NCBI GenBank assembly: GCA_012295275.1
Contig: CM022672.1
Location: 22,320,001 to 22,384,000 of the forward strand
Direction of reading: 5' to 3'
Length of the DNA stretch: 64,000 nucleotides
DNA from: Chrysomallon squamiferum
Taxonomy: Eukaryota > Animalia > Mollusca
Shown: piece by piece, positions 1 to 13,200 of the stretch
Layout of the letters: every line of letters begins with the position of its first letter
Numbering within the stretch: the stretch's first letter is position 1
Notes under the pieces: generated by a model
The model's input: the letters and a program-made list of their open reading frames with translations, nothing else
The model's database searches: none
What the model was told of the DNA's origin: nothing
Program-made: the position numbers and the translations under genes

Positions 1-1010
1 CTGAATGACTGATCATATCAGTAACTGACAAAGTAGTACTAGGTTTTAAAATGTAAAATTTCATATAAATACATACAACATATAGTCATACACACACTCA
101 GTATTACAAGTGTGTGTGTGTGTGTCTGTGTGCATGCATGTCTGTTTTTCACCATTTTCTTTGTCAGGGGAAGGGATAAGGTTAAGACACTTAGATACAT
201 GCGAAGCAAGCAAGAACAAAACAACAAAAACTAACCAGAAGTACAGACAGACATGTCAGGGCCAGCATCATGCGATGTTTGCAAACCACTTTCATCAGAG
301 TCTGACGAAATAAACAAAAACTGCTACTCTTTAAAAAAGCTGAACTAATGCTTTAATTTTTAATCTAAAAATTACTTCTCAGAATTTGATTTTTTTTTTT
401 TTTTCTTCCAAGCATATACAAAAACCATTTATCCAAAGAATCATTTTATTCTTCCATACAGAGAAGAAAAAAAGGCTGATGATAACAAGTATGTATAATA
501 TTAATTTTTATAATGAAATGAAAACATTATACAACAAAAGTATATGTGGATAAAATTAATACTGTTTTATTTTTGCTACCTTTCTGAGAAAAACTGTGAC
601 AGTGTCATTATAAATAATTTACACATGATGATCTTACAACCATTAAATTATTATTGACTATTCTCTCCATGCATAAATATTTTTGGATACAAATCAATAT
701 CATTTACACAAAAAACATATATAACACAGACAATATTTATATAATAAAAAAAAAGACAAAAAGTAATTTTTGTTTGTTAATCTATATGCACACTAACAGA
801 AAAAAATAATAAAGATTAAAATACACAATAAATACATATAATGTAAATAATAAAGACACTATCTATGCATATCTATATCTGATAAATTAAAACATAAACA
901 GAACTAATTTTTGTTTGGTTAACCTAGCTGCACACTAACAGAAAATAATTGTTTTAAAAACTTAAAAAAGAAATTTAAAAATATAGATAAAATACACAAT
1001 GAATACATAC

Positions 1011-1070
1011 CTGGAGATTTTCTTTTTCGGAGGGTTTTTCTAACACCATTTCTTTCTACCTCATTTTCAC
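1011..1070 (-). CDS. EHMT1: EHMT-like 60-nt exon (ENEVERNGVRKTLRKRKSP)
   Basis: atcag| acceptor (an in-frame alternative acceptor would start the exon at 1088), CAG|GTATGT donor, phase 1->1. Confidence 0.65.
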
Positions 1071-4000
1071 CTGATTTTATAAAAAAATCTAAAAGTTATT
1101 TTTAAATAAATCAAAAGAAAATTCAAATATAAATAGTAAGGATCAAATTATACCTAATTATGGATTTAAAATATTCAAAGAAAAACTATTCTAGAATAAT
1201 CCAAAATATTTTTTTATCAGAAGAATGCTAAAATTATTTACATTTAGAAAGACATTAAAAAAAATAAAGAGATTAAAAATGTGCTTAAAACATTAGATGA
1301 ATCTGCGTATCAGAGCTGAAATACAGTGTAGAAAAAACATACAGCCTTCTCTGCTTTCATCCAAGTCTGCTTCAAAACCATCAGTTCCTGAAAAAAAAAA
1401 AAAAAAACAGAGATAAAATCAAACTGAAATATAATAAAAACGTCCCAATGTTTTTAAAAAGTAAATTGAAATGAATAAATTTCTGTATTTTCTAATTTAA
1501 AAATTTCAAGGTCAGTTTAACATAGCATTGTATATGTAGTCTGATTTTCCGTATGCATGTTATTTGGTCAAATGAAAGGAAACACTTTCAAATGCAAAGA
1601 TAAGAGTAATTATTCTTAACCTGTGTACAAATTATTATATACCTATAAATAAATATGTATAAAGTGCTATTCTTTGAATGCCCCCCCCAAAAAAAAAAAT
1701 GTTAGTTAGCCAAAGGAAAGGAAACAGATTTTCAAATGCAAAGGTACAAGTAATTATGCCTTGACTTTTATACAAATATTTACATGCATATAAATCATAG
1801 TGTATGAAGGACTATTCTTTGTATGACCTGTATCTACAAAATGGAAATAAGAAAAGAAACCAGACAAACAAATAAAATGTGAAAAAAGTTCTACCTTGAA
1901 CAGTAGTGCCTGCCGACTGAAAAAAAATAATTAAAAATCAGTTTTTAAATTGTGTACAACCAATGAGAATATTACAGTATTCTCTATCTTGACAAATCAA
2001 TAGTTTAGTTTATTTTTATCTGCATCGTCATTATGACCTTTCCACATATAATTATGAACATAAATAACAAATATTTAAGAACAAAAGTTTTATAATTCCT
2101 CTCATGACTGTGTTTATGGATGATAGCTGAAACTGCATTTACATAAAAACTTTACATACAGGCAGAATTTTAACTAAAACTGACAATTTTTATCTTGGAA
2201 AAACTGGATTAGCGAACAGTGATCAATAAGAGAAAATCTCCAGAAAAGAAAAACTGACAATGAAGGATAGTTTCTTTAAACTTTTAAGAAACAAAATTAT
2301 AACTGCCAGTAATATATTGCAGTTACATAAGGTGCTAATAACAGTTATCTTTGTCAAGTTTTAAATTTTAAAACTTGTCTTGCCTGCATATTGTTCTGTG
2401 AAGGTGACACCAAACTCGCAGCAACAGCTTCCATTTCTCGTTTCTTCTTTTCATTTGTTTCATTCAGAAGCTGCATAACTGTTTTGCCTTTATGAGGATT
2501 TCCATCATTGATCTTTTTCCTAGCTGTCAGAGATCGAGGTTTGGGTTTGAAAGCCAGGTGTGAATTTCTTGAAAGAACATCCAGTGCATTAGCAGGTGCA
2601 GTCTGTTTGACAGGGACCTCACTTTGAGACGTGTCTGACTTATCGTCTGTTATCATTATCACATCATCACCAGTTGAGTTAGTGGCACTGTCATCATTCA
2701 ACTCACAATCCATGCTGTTGCTGATAGCACTCTCTGTCCCACTGTGTGTAGCATCACTGTCCGTCTTATGAGCTTTTCTTTTCTTCCATTTTTTTGATGA
2801 TGGAAAATTGTATGTACCCATTCTTTTCTTTCTTTTAAAGATTTTTCCTTTTTTCTTAACAGTGGTGTCTAGTTCTTGCCCTGATTCCACATTGCTCACA
2901 TCACGATCTTCTTCTGTTTCCTGGTCGTCACTGGTTCCAATACTAATAGTGTCCAAAGCCTTATCATACTTTAATGCATACTCAACCTCTTTCAATGGAA
3001 TGGTTACATTCGCTATAGGTGCTAAATTGACAGTTTTTATTATCGAAAATGCTGATTTTCTTGCCCTTGGTAAAGGTTTCGATGCATTTTTAACACTGTT
3101 CAATGCTGCAGTTTTCATACTTTCTTTAGCAACTGTAGCCAGACTTTCATTTTCACTATCAGACTGTTTGTCTTTGGCTAGAGTAGTAGCCAATGATTCA
3201 TCATCACTGTCAGCTGGATCCATTTTCTCCTCCACACCATTCATTAAAGACTTGTCACACTTCATAGCCACACTCACATCAGAATTATCACAGTCAGAGT
3301 TGCTCAGTTCATTATTCTTTGAACCATGTTCTTTGCCCATCGTTTGAAATGTTAAAGATGTGCTATCACAAGATTGACTCTTTACCTTAGTAAATTCTTT
3401 GCAGTTTTCTAACAAGGTACTTCTCAACCCTCTCTCCATGTTATGTGAGGATTCTGTTTGGTTTGTATCACCACTGCCACTAACAGAGTGTGGTTCTTCT
3501 GATTCGTTTGGGGAGTCTGATAACGACCCCTCGATAGTCTGAGTAGATAAATCTAGCTGTGAATCTCCATTATGATGACTATTTCCACCACCATTTGTTA
3601 TGGCTGGCATATTACAAGCAGTCTGAACATCATCCTTAAAATTAAAAAATTTATTTCAGTTATTTAATCATCAGAAAAAAATAACTAAAGGTTCCACTAA
3701 CAAACTGATTCCATTGATAAAAATTACAGAAAAATATTTTGAAATGTGCACATCATTCTTTTCTAATGTTATTTTTATAAATAATATCTTTTTGCTATGA
3801 GATATTACATCATATCAACCAAGAACCCTGCTCTTTACAAATGGTTATATGAAATTTCCAATATTCACCAATGAAAAAAATTACATCCATGCCCTGCCCA
3901 TGATGGATTTTTAAAAAATATTTTCTTTTCATTTTATATATAAAGAATATAAAGAAATGCATGAAGCTATCAAATTTAGAAAATGGCCAATCATTATCAT

Positions 4001-6642
4001 CAATGTCAAAACCTAAAAGTTAATATATCCTTTTGTAAAACAATTTCTACTAATAAATATAACCAATACAATACAATCATTTCTTAATACATGACATATT
4101 AGCTGTACCCACTTTCCAGTAGCTAAAAATAAATGTATCAAATAAATGGGTTTTGTGGTGGAAAAAACTGTTTACTGGAAATTGCATGAATAACAATTAT
4201 TTCTGGTTACCAAGTCAAGATTTGATCTCAAGTTCTCTATCACATTTCGGAAATAAAAATGGTCGTACACCGATAGCATTTCAGAGTCAAAAAGAAAATT
4301 TTAACTGTTATTATTTTGCAAATTTCTGAAAAAAGAAAAAGTGCAGCATTGGAACATTCAAAATTTTTACAGTCACAAGAAGAAATAAATGATAAATTTA
4401 TAAGACATGAAATGTTTTTTTTTTAAATAAGAACCTGTTGAAAAGGATATGTATGTAATTAAATACATTTTAATAGCAAAAACCAAAACAACACATTTTT
4501 ACTATGTCTGAGTAAATGTTTAAAACATTATGATAAAAAAGAATTTACTGTGTTAAATTCATCTGCTTCTTGCCTACTTGAACACAAGACTTTTACTTTT
4601 CAACCAACCAAGAATAGATGTCTTGAGATCTTTAATTTCACTGAAGAGATCAAATTCAGCTATTACAGGTTCTCATTATATTGCTATTTTTGACTTCCTT
4701 TTTATTTCATTGTTAAACTGTATTTTTGTGTGTTTATAAGAAAGCTGGTTATTATTACATTCATAAAATATATGTTATTAACAACACTTAAAAAAAAAAA
4801 AAACAGAAAAATAAATTACATTAACATAATTCAGTATTTGTCTGGAAGCATTTTTTTTATTATTTTTTTTTTTTACAGTAATAAAAATATACCATGGCAA
4901 GCTAACAAGGTAATCAAAACAGTCTCAAAAAGTAAAAACAACAACAAATTCAAAAATATCTGAACATTAACATAAATATTAAACAAGAAACAAACAAAGT
5001 AAAAATACATAGGAAATGATTACTTAAAGGTATAATTTCCCCTTCATATGCAAATAACCAAAATTTGCCACATTTATGAAATGCTCATGTACACTTATGC
5101 ATCCTAACAGATTAAAGGACATTTATGAAACTACCAAGACTACTACATCATTAGAAAAACCTTTATCTATACACAATTCTGGTAATCAAAACATTTAAAG
5201 ATATACAGCCTCGATAAAACTATTGGATTTCTCAAACAACAAACAATACAAGTCAGTACTAATGTACAATGATGATCTGGTGTCAAGATGATACTATAAC
5301 CTCAAAGCAGTGTTACAACTTCCTGCTTAGACCAAGTAGTTATAATATTCATTTATCTACACAACAACTATACCCATGGCCAACCAACAAAAGACAAACA
5401 CCCTTAACAAACTTGGACCTAGAATACACACAAGTCTTAGATACCACATGTCCTATATCTCACCCTCACCATACCAGAGCCGTCTGCTTTGTTGCTTCAG
5501 AGTACAGGCAGGGAAAAAAAGGCCTATAGCTTAACTGATAGCACAATCAACAGTGGGAGGGAGTCAGCCAAGTGTGACAGCACAGTTGACTGTTGGTTCT
5601 GTTCCAGCAAGGTTGTGAAATCTTGCTGGAGTGTGTTCTGATACAGCCATTTCTCAAGTACTACAGGACCAACACAAAACAGTCCTCAGTACAGTACATA
5701 GCAATCAGTACAAATATATTTCTCATAATTATTTTTATGCTTACTTTTTTTTTTTAAATAGAAGTATTTCATCAGGCTACCAAGAGATCAATAAACCTAT
5801 ATCTTTGTCCAAACAGGATTTTATCCAGGAAAACGATTATTCTAGAAAGGAATCATTATTCTACAAACCAATGCTTAAAATATGTTTTTTATCCATTAAC
5901 TTTTAACATAACTGACTTATCTGAGTCAACAACTGTTTTCAATTTTATTTAATGCTTTTAAATATTATTAAGGCAGTGTATAAATGAGGGTTGGAATAAA
6001 TGAATATTTGGCAACTCAGCAAAGAAAATATCAGAGACAACAAAATCTTACTTAAATAAATAATAATCTGATTAACAAGAACAAAATATTATATATTCTT
6101 TTTGATATGACTGAAAATAAATAGCACTCATTGCTTTTAACTTTGGAATGCACAAGCAATTTCATGCATAATTAAAATAAATCAATTGGGCAATGATCTC
6201 TTCAATGTGAAATAATAAACTTCTACACATTCTCATTGTCTTCAAAAATGTTCATATTATTGTAATTTATTTTATTCACCAATAGATAATAAATTTATTT
6301 TTATTATTATTTTTTTTTTTTTTTCAAAATTCTATTTAAAAACATTCTGAATCAGCTACTGTATACTGCAGTTTATTCAAATGATACCTGTTGTATGTAC
6401 AAAGTTGTGTATGGAGAATAATCTGGCTTGCAAATATGTCGTTAGTGATACTATTTCAGTCTGAATTTATGTACCTGTTTACATACAAAAATATAATGCA
6501 GCTGAAGATGAAATGGAATTTTATTTCATTTCTACTGATATTAAAATTATTTAATTCTTAAATGTGATAAAAGGTTGGTGAATATCAAGCAGGTCAGGCA
6601 AATGGTGATGTAAAGGAAATCAAACTTATGCAATAATGTATG

Positions 6643-6676
<34 letters not shown>

Positions 6677-9600
6677 TTATTTATTTATTTATTTATTTAT
6701 AATGAAAAAAGTGAAACTTTTAATAAAACATTCAGTTCAGTTTTATAAATTATTTCAAAGGTCACATTGATTACAGCTAGTTTCCCCAGCAACTATACCA
6801 TCATTTACATGCATCAACTATCCTTGATATGTTTATCTTAACATTTCATTAATAAATAATACCAGCAAGGTAACATAACAACCATGTGTTAAACATTTTC
6901 AGATTCAAAACATGTTATTAACAGGATTAAGCCAAAAAAGATATTTTCTAGAACAAAATCCATAGCAAGAATTCTTGATGTTCATCCAATAAAGCATAAG
7001 CATAATGCAGTCAAAATTTTTATAATACTTTTCTTTTGAAAAACTAAAACTGCATATAAATATTATAAGTGCATATATTAACTTTAATAACTGTAACAGA
7101 ATTAAAAAAAAAAAAAAAAACTATATACATAACTGGTCCTTATTATTAAATGATAATGATGGCAGACATTAAAAAGCCTACAGATGATACTATCAGAGGG
7201 AGGTAAATGAAACAGCCATTCACTGAATATGCTCAAAACCAATAGAAATGAAACAGCAGTTTAGCCTCTAACAAAAGGATAAAAAATACTTTCTATTTTT
7301 ATTATTTATTATTATTATTATTTTTTTTTTTTTTTTTTTTTTTAAATTAAATGACTGGAGCATAAATACTGTCCTTTTCCTGTTCAAATACAAAAAGCAA
7401 AAAATCCTCTGCCAAATTAGGATCAGAACAAGTTGAATAAAAAGTGTCATCATCAAATGAAGTTATAGAATGACATAAAAATACTCAAATACTAAACCTG
7501 CATAGATGTGTATCTAACAAATTTAATAATGCATAATCAGGTTGATGTCTCCAAATTTCATTGGTACATAAAATAACATATATATTTGTGGTTTATTGAA
7601 CTTATTGAAAATGTTCTTTTTGAGTTGTGAAATTATTTATAGCATTAGAGTAATTCATCTGAATAAGGTATAAATATTTTAAAAATAATTATCATTTTAA
7701 GTGAAAAAATATATAGCCAGACATATCAAAATAAATCAGATTCATTAAATCAATAATTTATGAATATTTTTCTCATTCATAATGAAGTCCAAATCATTTA
7801 TTTGCAATAAACATTTGACAGAAAGTGGTTTTGGATTGACAGTTCCCAGCACTGATATTTTTCATTCAGCAGAAACTGTTTTTTAAAACAGTATTTTTCA
7901 TTGAAGGATGAGGGTTTTGTTCTTGATAATAAAACCTACTGCCCCTCTTCTTTGTTTGAAAACATACGGTTTACATTTGATTTGCCAAACATAAATGATT
8001 CTTCTCAGTTACCTGTTTGTTTTTAAGTGTAATCTAAATTCTTAGATTTTTAAAAACTGATCTGTTCATAAACAATGCATGTGTATTGCCACAAAACAGC
8101 ATAATGAAACATTATTTCATAACTGCAAAATTACAATTACTGGTTATTGATACTTTGTATTATTCATTATTTCAGTAATTAAGACAAAAATATTCTCATA
8201 TTTAAAGCCATATGCATGTCATTAAGGCAATAAAACCTAGTAACAGTGTCACCAATATGAAAATATAAGCTCTTCCATCAACAAATGAATGTATTCTTTC
8301 CTTTTTTTTTAATTATTTATATAAATATTTTTGAAAATGCAAATTTCTACCTAACTTAACATAATTTTGTTTTATTAAATTAAGATCCCCACCAAAAATA
8401 AGTGAATTTCTTCAATTTTTACTATTCTAAATAAATAAAATAATAAAAAAATCATTGTCAAGATTATTTAGACTATTGTTTGGTACCAGAAAAAAGAAAT
8501 CATGATTATTAAAGCATTTATTACTCCATATGTCAGTTTGTAGATCGGATTATAAAAAATATAAAAATAAAAAATCAAGATTAATACAAAAAAGAAAATT
8601 TCCAGTAACATATGACAACTGATGGTTTTGGTGTAAATCTGTTGGAATTATTAAATAAATTTATTCAAAGACTGGTGAAAATTTTCCTACAGAATATTAA
8701 TGACCTAATTTATCATAATGATGAGACACAGCTGGACAGAGAGCATTAAAGATGTTGAGTATTATACCACACCATAAATAACATCACTGAAAATGTTTAA
8801 AGCTGTGAAGAATGACATGATCTAGAATCAAACTAAATTTATGAACATAATTTTTGATTAAAAAAAATAACACTAAAAATAAACAACTTAAAAATAGTGG
8901 AGGCTTTCTTTTTGAATAAAAAATGTTTTGATTTACATTTAAACATATTAGTAGAATGAAGATTTGCACATTTACAAAAAACATTATTTATTTTTCATTC
9001 AGGTTATTTATTCTTTTAAAATAATCGTTTTAAAATGCTCAATATGTTTAATTCATCACCATTTTATTGTTGTTTTTCAATAATAATAAAATCATTCAAT
9101 AACTTATTATAAATTATTATTTGTTTTGCATTATTCTTCTGATTTGTGGTGTATACATATCTAAGCTATATTAGATTAGCTGCACCAGTACATGGTTTCT
9201 ATGTTGAAATACTGTAAGCAGGTAATGAAAATAACTTCTGATGTCATCACTATTTCAAAACCAAATTATAACCATCTGCAAGAAATATTCTCCCAAAATT
9301 AGTGAATCATGCAGAAAATATATAAATAATTGAAAAAAATTAAAATTAAAATTTTAACAAAATTAATAATATATTAAAAATAAAATTAAACATAAAAAAA
9401 AAAAAATGATGATAGGCAAACACTTTACCAACCTGAAACACCAACAGGATATTGTCATTAAGTTTATGCATTCATTAAAAATAAAATATATCTGACTGAA
9501 CATTTTTACAAATTTAACATACATTAACACAAAACATTAAAGAGGGGGAAAAAAAAAAAAAATGTTAGCTCAAATTTGTACCCAAGCAGAAATACGAAGA

Positions 9601-10182
9601 TGTTGTCATTTAGTTGCTCCATGCTCTGATAATTTCCCAACCAAGTAAAAAATGGGAGACTGCGATTCAAGAATGAATGGCCGAACTTTAGGAGTGAAAT
9701 TAGGATTCTGATAAACTATTCGCAAAGCTGTATAAATTTATTAATTAAGAAAAATCACAATATTAAAATTCCGAATGGTCGAAGTTTGAAATTCAAAATA
9801 AACAAAAGGATTGTTGGTAAATTAAAAATATACAGTCACTTTTATAATACGTAAGTGACGAACAGAAGAAAAAAAATCGCAAAAAAAAACAACTTTAAAT
9901 TAATCGAGTACCTCTGTGTCTGTTTAATATTGGGGCAATGGTTGGCGACTGCCATTCACCCATTGGCATTGCGATCATCCGGCACCCTCGGCGTACGCCT
10001 AGATGTGGCGGCGAGCCAAAAATTAAAAGAATTATCAATGGGAGGAAACAGAAGCCAACAACTCATGTACGGCAAATCTTTTTGTCATAAAATAGTCTCT
10101 GATTGTCGAATGAATACTTAGAAAACCGTGCAAGATCTTGTACAAACTCTACCTGTACTGCTTCTTCCGTGGTCGCCGCCAT
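1011..10182 (-). CDS. EHMT1: Histone-lysine N-methyltransferase EHMT1/EHMT2 (GLP/G9a)-like gene, 5' portion (disordered N-terminus; ankyrin/SET exons would lie left of the window)
   Basis: Phase-compatible exon chain 10182-10153, 3634-2384, 1916-1895, 1387-1343, 1070-1011. The product has a RARKS histone-mimic motif (ARKT in vertebrate G9a/GLP), KKRMGTY (recalled vertebrate EHMT1 KRRMGTY), and a tiny first exon MAATTEEAVQ resembling the EHMT1 start MAAADAE. No catalytic domain is in the window, so identity rests on recalled motifs. Confidence 0.72.
1343..1387 (-). CDS. EHMT1: EHMT-like 45-nt exon (GTDGFEADLDESREG)
   Basis: Long poly-T tract plus cag| acceptor, GTATGT donor, open in phase 1->1. 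Confidence 0.7.
1895..1916 (-). CDS. EHMT1: EHMT-like 22-nt microexon (SAGTTVQ+G)
   Basis: ttttttttcag| ... AAG|GTAGAA; phase 0->1, needed to join exon 2 (phase 0) to the phase-1 exon at 1387. Confidence 0.65.
2384..3634 (-). CDS. EHMT1: EHMT-like large coding exon 2 (417 codons, Ser/Asp/Lys-rich, basic NLS-like runs)
   Basis: Covers most of the 418-aa ORF 2354-3610. Acceptor tttttaattttaag|GAT at 3634 adds DDVQTACN in frame. Probable donor CAG|GCAAGA at 2384 (alternative CAA|GTTTTA at 2375). Confidence 0.85.
10153..10182 (-). CDS. EHMT1: EHMT-like coding exon 1 (MAATTEEAVQ)
   Basis: ATG GCG GCG in a CpG-richer patch; ends CAG|GTAGAG, phase 0, in frame with exon 2. Confidence 0.7.
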
Positions 10183-10215
10183 TAGGGACAAAGGTATACG
10201 CATGCGCATGAAGTT
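10172..10215 (-). promoter_or_regulatory. Housekeeping-type promoter/5' region of the EHMT-like gene (NRF1-like and YY1-like motifs)
   Basis: ACGCATGCGCATG at ~10198-10210 (NRF1-like GCGCATGCGC) and a YY1-like ATGGCGGC overlapping the start codon; CpG locally enriched relative to the CpG-depleted gene body. Confidence 0.45.
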
Positions 10216-13200
10216 TGCTTAATTCTGCTACAACGAGTTCCCGCGCTGTACCCTGTGACCCGTAAACATTTGATGATGGTCAATACACAGCAGACGTCTT
10301 CAGTTTCTTATTTTATGCAAAATATATCAAAAGTACATTTACAAAATGAGAGTGGTAGGTTTCTACATGCTTACTCAATCAGTATTTTATGAAAATATAA
10401 TTTTTTTTATTTAAAAACGTATTACTGAGGTAAGTAACTGAATTCCGAGAGGATGAATGGTATCAAGATGATATTCTTGGAGACGTAATTTCGTTCCGAC
10501 AAAACTTCCAATTTCTTTATACCCCCCACATCCCTTTGCAAGTTATACTGCTTTAAATAGAGCAAATTTTCAAATCTTAAGTCTTTATGTAATATAGTTA
10601 TTATCAATATCAATTATAGCAGGTTTGCAAATGAATCTCCATGCGTTATGTGTTGGTACGCCTGATGCGTGTGCGAAAACAATTTAAAATATGTCCACTC
10701 AGACACAGAAAATAATTATATTGTAAAGAAAACAAAGAAATGTTCTGGCTACATTTGTGTGTATATGTCGTCATCGGATTCAGTTCTTTATCTTTCGTTT
10801 TTTTCCTTTTTTTTTTTTTTTTTTTAAACATCTATTAATTAATATTTTGTTTTCTGAAGGCTTTATATATATATTGTTTTTGTTATTTATTTATTAATGG
10901 AGTGTTTTTTGTTGTTTGTGTGTGTGTGTGTGTGTTGTTGTTGTTGTTTGTTTCATTTACACATTTGTATATAAACAAATATAAGTATATATATTTTATA
11001 TTAAGTAGTTCATTGTGACCTGTTGTAAGACCGATCATTAGGATTTAAAGCCAAGACAACGTAATGTTTCAAATGCAAAACAGAACCAAATTTATTATCT
11101 CATCTGTTTATTTTCTTACGGTAATTTTATATAATGCTTAAATAATAATAATAACAACAACAACATTAGTAATAATAGTAATAATAGTAATAATTATTAT
11201 TATTATTATTTGTGTTTTGAATATGTTGACTCTTATTTAATTTTATTTTTTTTTTTTTTTTTTTTTTTTTCCTTATCCTAATTGTAATAAAAGAACACGT
11301 GGATGATAATAAAACAATGGTTTAAATGATTAATTGAAATAAATATCTTAAAAATAACAATCTGAATGAATGATGTTATAATTTTTTGTATGTTTTAGAT
11401 CGTCTAAAATCAGTATTTACTAAACTAATTATTATAATAATTTTTTTTTTTCTTTACTTCTTACATATACTTTTATGTTATTTTATTAATTTGTTTTTAA
11501 TTTTTTTTTTATTTTTTTTTTTTTTTTTTTTTTTTCATATCGTCTTGTTAGGTGGAGTGCATGCAAAAAGAAAAAAAAATAGCACTACCATAAATACAAA
11601 GTAAATTAAATTTGTTGCATAAGTATTGGGGTATGGTGACGCTTTGATTAAAGAGGACAGAGGGTTTGATTTAAAAAAAATATATATATTTATATATATA
11701 CAGATGAAAACACAATTAATTACACATTGCTTTTTCCCTAATGTCCCCTCGGTTTTTTTTTTTTTTTTTTTATCCGTACTCTGAAAATAGCACTTGCCCC
11801 TGTGCCACTCCCTAGAGTCGTAAGCCCATGCACACAACGAAATTAATAAGTCCCTTTTGGAATATTTGTTGTTATGAATTGACCTGAAGGAGTAATGTAC
11901 TCGTTTTAAGACTACTGTCCACCTCTGGTAAAGCTCTGTCGCTGATCATGTCTCGAATATGAAGTAGGCTGGTTTGTATCGCAGGGATGTGCCTGTTTCA
12001 ATTACCTATTTTAAAAGATGAAAGTTATTTCGAAAACACGCAAAAAAAAATAATATGGAAATTAACCAACTGTTAATGTGAAAAACAAAAATGTTTGAAT
12101 CACAATTTAGAAGACTCAAATCCCGTTTTTGATTAATTGTAGCCCCTCTGTATTTAAAAGTTATAATTCATGTTAATTATTTTTGAAGTAAACAGCAGAA
12201 ACAATGTTTTATTTGTTCCTCCCTTTATTTTCTCTCTCCGTCTTTCTTTCTCCCGTCCATGCCTCTTGTCTCACTCTCTCGTTCTAGCTCTCTCTCTCTC
12301 TCTACCTATACAATTTTAATTGATACTTTTGAGGTATCTAAAATAATTATTAATTCCAATATTTTTTTGAACCCAAAATATATATTAAAACAAAAAGAAT
12401 TAAAAAGTCAAATAAAGACCCTTTAGGTTTTTGTTCAAATAAAAACAGAACAAAAAGGGATAATCCGAATCAAGTTCACCTTTTGTCAGTCGATATAAGA
12501 CACCAAGCTAAATAATGCGGAAACGTTTTTTTAAGTGTAAGGTCAGTTTGTGAATAAAACTATTTATGATCATTTTGTTTCCTGGGGGTGAATAAAGGAC
12601 TGATACAACACTTGACATATTGTTATATTGGTCATCACTGAAGTGTGCTAGATAAAGTGTGTAAATAGGTACTTTTTACTCGATGGATCAACGGCCAAAA
12701 AAATTATTCGTTCACACAGTTCAGTAAAAGCGAATTAGCGGTTGTCAAACACAAATTATAAACCTAGTAATTTTACACTTATGCCCCATGCATTTAGCCT
12801 GACATTATTATAGGGTTGGTTTTTCAATTGATAATTTTTATTAAGTAAACCATTGTAAAGTTTGGACCAACATGATGGGTTTTTTGTGAAACGGTGAAAC
12901 ACTCCATAAATTTTTATATCCAGTATAATTACCAGCTTTTTTCTTCTTTCTTTTTAATAATCATATTCTATAAGACTCGTATACTATTTTACTAATACAC
13001 TTGTGTCTCTAATGTAATATTATCCAAATAAAATTATATTTAGCAGTGGAATATCAACAAGCAATGCGACTACTAAAATCGCTTTATGGAGAACACCATC
13101 TTACAAAATAACCTTTATTTGCACAGTTTAGTGTCTTCTATCTACAAAACGCCTATTTAGTAATTACGTCTATATATTAAAATCAAGTTATTGTAACAGA

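Noticed and set aside
2808-3347. 179-aa + strand ORF
   Set aside because: Antisense shadow of the real EHMT-like exon; no independent splice signals or domain.
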